Shown: in pieces, positions 61,570 through 64,000 of the stretch
Layout: the number at the start of each line of letters is the position of its first letter
Position numbering within the stretch: position 1 is the stretch's first letter
NCBI GenBank assembly: GCA_015680685.1
Contig: MNCI01002028.1
Coordinates: 62,001-126,000, forward strand
DNA from: Gnetum montanum
Lineage: Eukaryota > Plantae > Gnetophyta
Length of the DNA: 64,000 nt
Direction: 5' to 3'
Position numbers and translations under genes: made by a program
Notes under the pieces: generated by a model
What the model was told of the DNA's origin: nothing
The model's database searches: none
The model's input: only the letters and a program-made list of their open reading frames with translations

Positions 61570-64000
61570 GCTAATGGAGGTTGTTGAGGGATGTTTGGAG
61601 GAAGTGATGGATCATTTACACCCTTATCATTGGGGCCACCAATATCTCTTTCTACTTGAAATACAATAACACATAGCCAATTAGTGACCAATAGACAAAA
61701 TCATAACTTAAAATAAAAACTAAAAATACAAATCATAAAATATATAAAACCTATGGGGATTCTAGCTCCATAAATTCTAGTGGTAGATGTGGAAGGTATT
61801 CCTCCAAATGATGGAGGATCTGGTCCTCCATCATGTTGACCTAGTCAACATTCACAAGATTAACACTAGAAAGGATGCTAGTCCTATCTACCATAGTCTA
61901 AGTAGGTGGCTCCTAGATCATAGCAATTGTAGAATTCTTTCCTATAGTAGTGGTAATATGAGTAGTAGGATATTGTTCCACCATGAGAGTACTTTCAAAA
62001 AGCTAATAAGAACTCTCCACCTAGATCCTTTGGATGAATAGCTCTCTCTTGCGCCATTCAATCGACTCCTCCTTGAACCACTTAAGATAGACCCCATGAT
62101 CTACGTTGTAGTATTGCTTATGGACCTTTTGTTTCTTACCCCACTCTAGGACCCAAGAACAATGATCTTTCTAATCCTCAACCTTTAGGAGATGAGGTTC
62201 ATCTACACATATTGTTTTTCCATCTCCCATAAGAGTGCTACTTTATCCTAAATGACATGCTAGTAGCTAGTCCACATGATCTTCCTAGTCTACAATTCCC
62301 CTAAGTTGACAACTTGAGCTTACACAAAGGCCTTGTGATCTTAGAGATCTTAGAGATCTCTAATTATCTCCTCCTACCATTGAGTCTTCTCCCTTAAGGC
62401 CCAACTTCCTCCTATAGGAATTTGTTGGCCCTCTCTAGCTTCCATGAATTTTTTGCAGAAGACATTACTAAATCAATGGCATTCTTGTACAACTTCAAGG
62501 TTACACTAGATACATCGGAGGAAAGCTTAGGCAAGGAGTTAATCTCCATGTCTTTGCAAGGGTTCCACTCCATAGAATGTACTACACAAGCATGAAATAC
62601 AGCCAATAAACATAATGTACAATCTAAGATAGCCCTAACATAAGAACAACTTATAACATGGCCTAACCACTAAGGCATATAAAACAAAATCCTTGCCTAT
62701 CTTGGGTGCAACCTATTGCAATTGGTAGATGATGTCCACAATCATCCCATGCATGAACTCCACCTTGTTTGGAGTCTCCACCCATGGTTTCACATGAAAC
62801 GTAGGAACAAATACTTACACCAGTGGCTCAACAACTACTATAAGCATAACAATCATTGAATGGTTAGGATGACAACCAAAATAAAGCCATAAGATGTAGT
62901 GAAAGCATTAAGGCATGGGCATACCTAGCTCCTATTCCTCTTTCTTTGAAATGAATATGGTAGATGAACTCAGCACTACCACACCAAACAAAGTGTCTAG
63001 ATCATTTATATCTACATCAGTAAACCCTTCAACCCCAAGTTACTTTAGGAGTGCCTCTTCTATATGACTTTGTTCTTCCTTTGCAATAGCTTGGGCTACC
63101 ATAACTTCATGCTTGTCTACAATAATAGTACATGGAAAATAGATTAGCATATGAAACCATAACAAAGTCATAAAATTTTAAACATAAAATAGCCTAGTTT
63201 AAACAAATCAAACCCATGAATGCTTTTTGCAATGGCATAAGCTTGAACTTAAGCTTCTTTGGGGTAGGTTGATCTTACACTATTGGTGCTTCCTCCATGG
63301 ACCTCATGAGCTTCTTCCTAGTTGCCCCTTTATCCTCTCTACATTGTTTCTTGGCTTTTAGGACACTCATTGGGAATGTGAGAGGCTCCTCATCATCTGT
63401 TCTCTCAAGAGACTCACACAGCTTAACATTAAGATCCTTGATGATAATGGATAACATATCATCCATTCCCTCTAGTGGATTTTGGACCTACACCATTGGA
63501 TAAATTTGCTTTATCCAAGGCTTGGAAATTTCGCTTGGATCTTGGGGAACCCATTGTCCATTCCTATAAACCACTAGAAACTCCATAAACATCTTCAAAT
63601 AACTTGCAAAAATGCAAAGTGCATGTGGATTATTATAGAGGTGTTTTTGTGGAGTCTAAGGATCTCCTCCTAAAGCCCAATAGCCAAAGCATTGACCAAG
63701 TTGAACCTAGTGCCATCCATCAGGACCTTCTTAAAGGTCCATCCCTATGTAATGTCAGTTATCTTCTTTGGCTATAATAGTTTAGAAAATGCATGAGGCC
63801 TAAACAAAGGATAAGATTCATTTGCATCAAGGTTTGTGGATTCATCCATGAAAATTTTGTAGTGGCCCATGTTGGCACCAAGGGGCTTCAAAACTTCATC
63901 ACAGTGGCATGATTCATGCATTATTCTTGTTAGAACCTTTGCCTCGTCAGTAGGGATACCAAACAAGTTGTAAAAGAGGCCCTCATAAATATCCATGTTA
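61570..64000 (-). pseudogene. Antisense multi-exon accessory gene of D (3' part)
   Basis: LFYNLFGIPTD..YPLFRPHAFSKLL matches the B/C domain; PW...KVEFM..., PKIG|intron|..MEWNP and HKQYY blocks match A-C. Confidence 0.7.

Larger units (their letters stand above)
57937..64000 (+). mobile_element. Element D: Tat-lineage relative lacking capsid, nucleocapsid and protease; runs off the window
   Basis: TGAAACACCACAAAATTTT LTR start as in B; PBS at 59382; only traces of gag (KPTPILAMPMT near 60940); hairpin array; antisense gene homologue. Confidence 0.8.

Overview
Heterochromatin-like plant DNA made almost entirely of nested, degenerate Ty3/gypsy LTR retrotransposons; no host gene is recognisable and the taxon cannot be determined from the sequence. 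An old Athila-like element (minus strand; gag split between 1-154 and 55437-~55960; tRNA-Asp-type PBS at ~56889) hosts a 55-kb Tat-lineage element A (155-55436, minus, TSD TCTCC). A contains two complete related elements, B (8078-25383, plus, TSD CTCAG) and C (29130-46974, plus, TSD TTCCT/GTCCT). A fourth relative, D (57937 to beyond the window, plus), lacks most of gag and the protease. A-D share a tRNA-Asn PBS and TGAAACA-like LTR starts; A-C also share the PPT CAACAAAGAGGGGCCA and RT-RH-aRH-INT order. The striking feature is the architecture. The gag-protease ORF ends in its own stop. RT-INT starts 4.5-6 kb downstream behind a putative splice acceptor and its own ATG. The spacer holds an antisense gene of about 8 exons with intron positions conserved between families. 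Its product appears to join a catalytically dead FCP1/NIF (HAD)-like domain (A and C only), a plant-transposon (Transposase_32/PMD-like) domain, an acidic tract and a coiled coil. Arrays of a covarying 4-bp-stem/6-nt-loop hairpin followed by TAAACTRG lie at three fixed non-coding positions, and a conserved stem-loop folds over the PPT/U3 junction. Several duplications and one inversion next to single Ns are probably assembly artefacts. Domain calls come from recognising motifs by eye, not from database searches.
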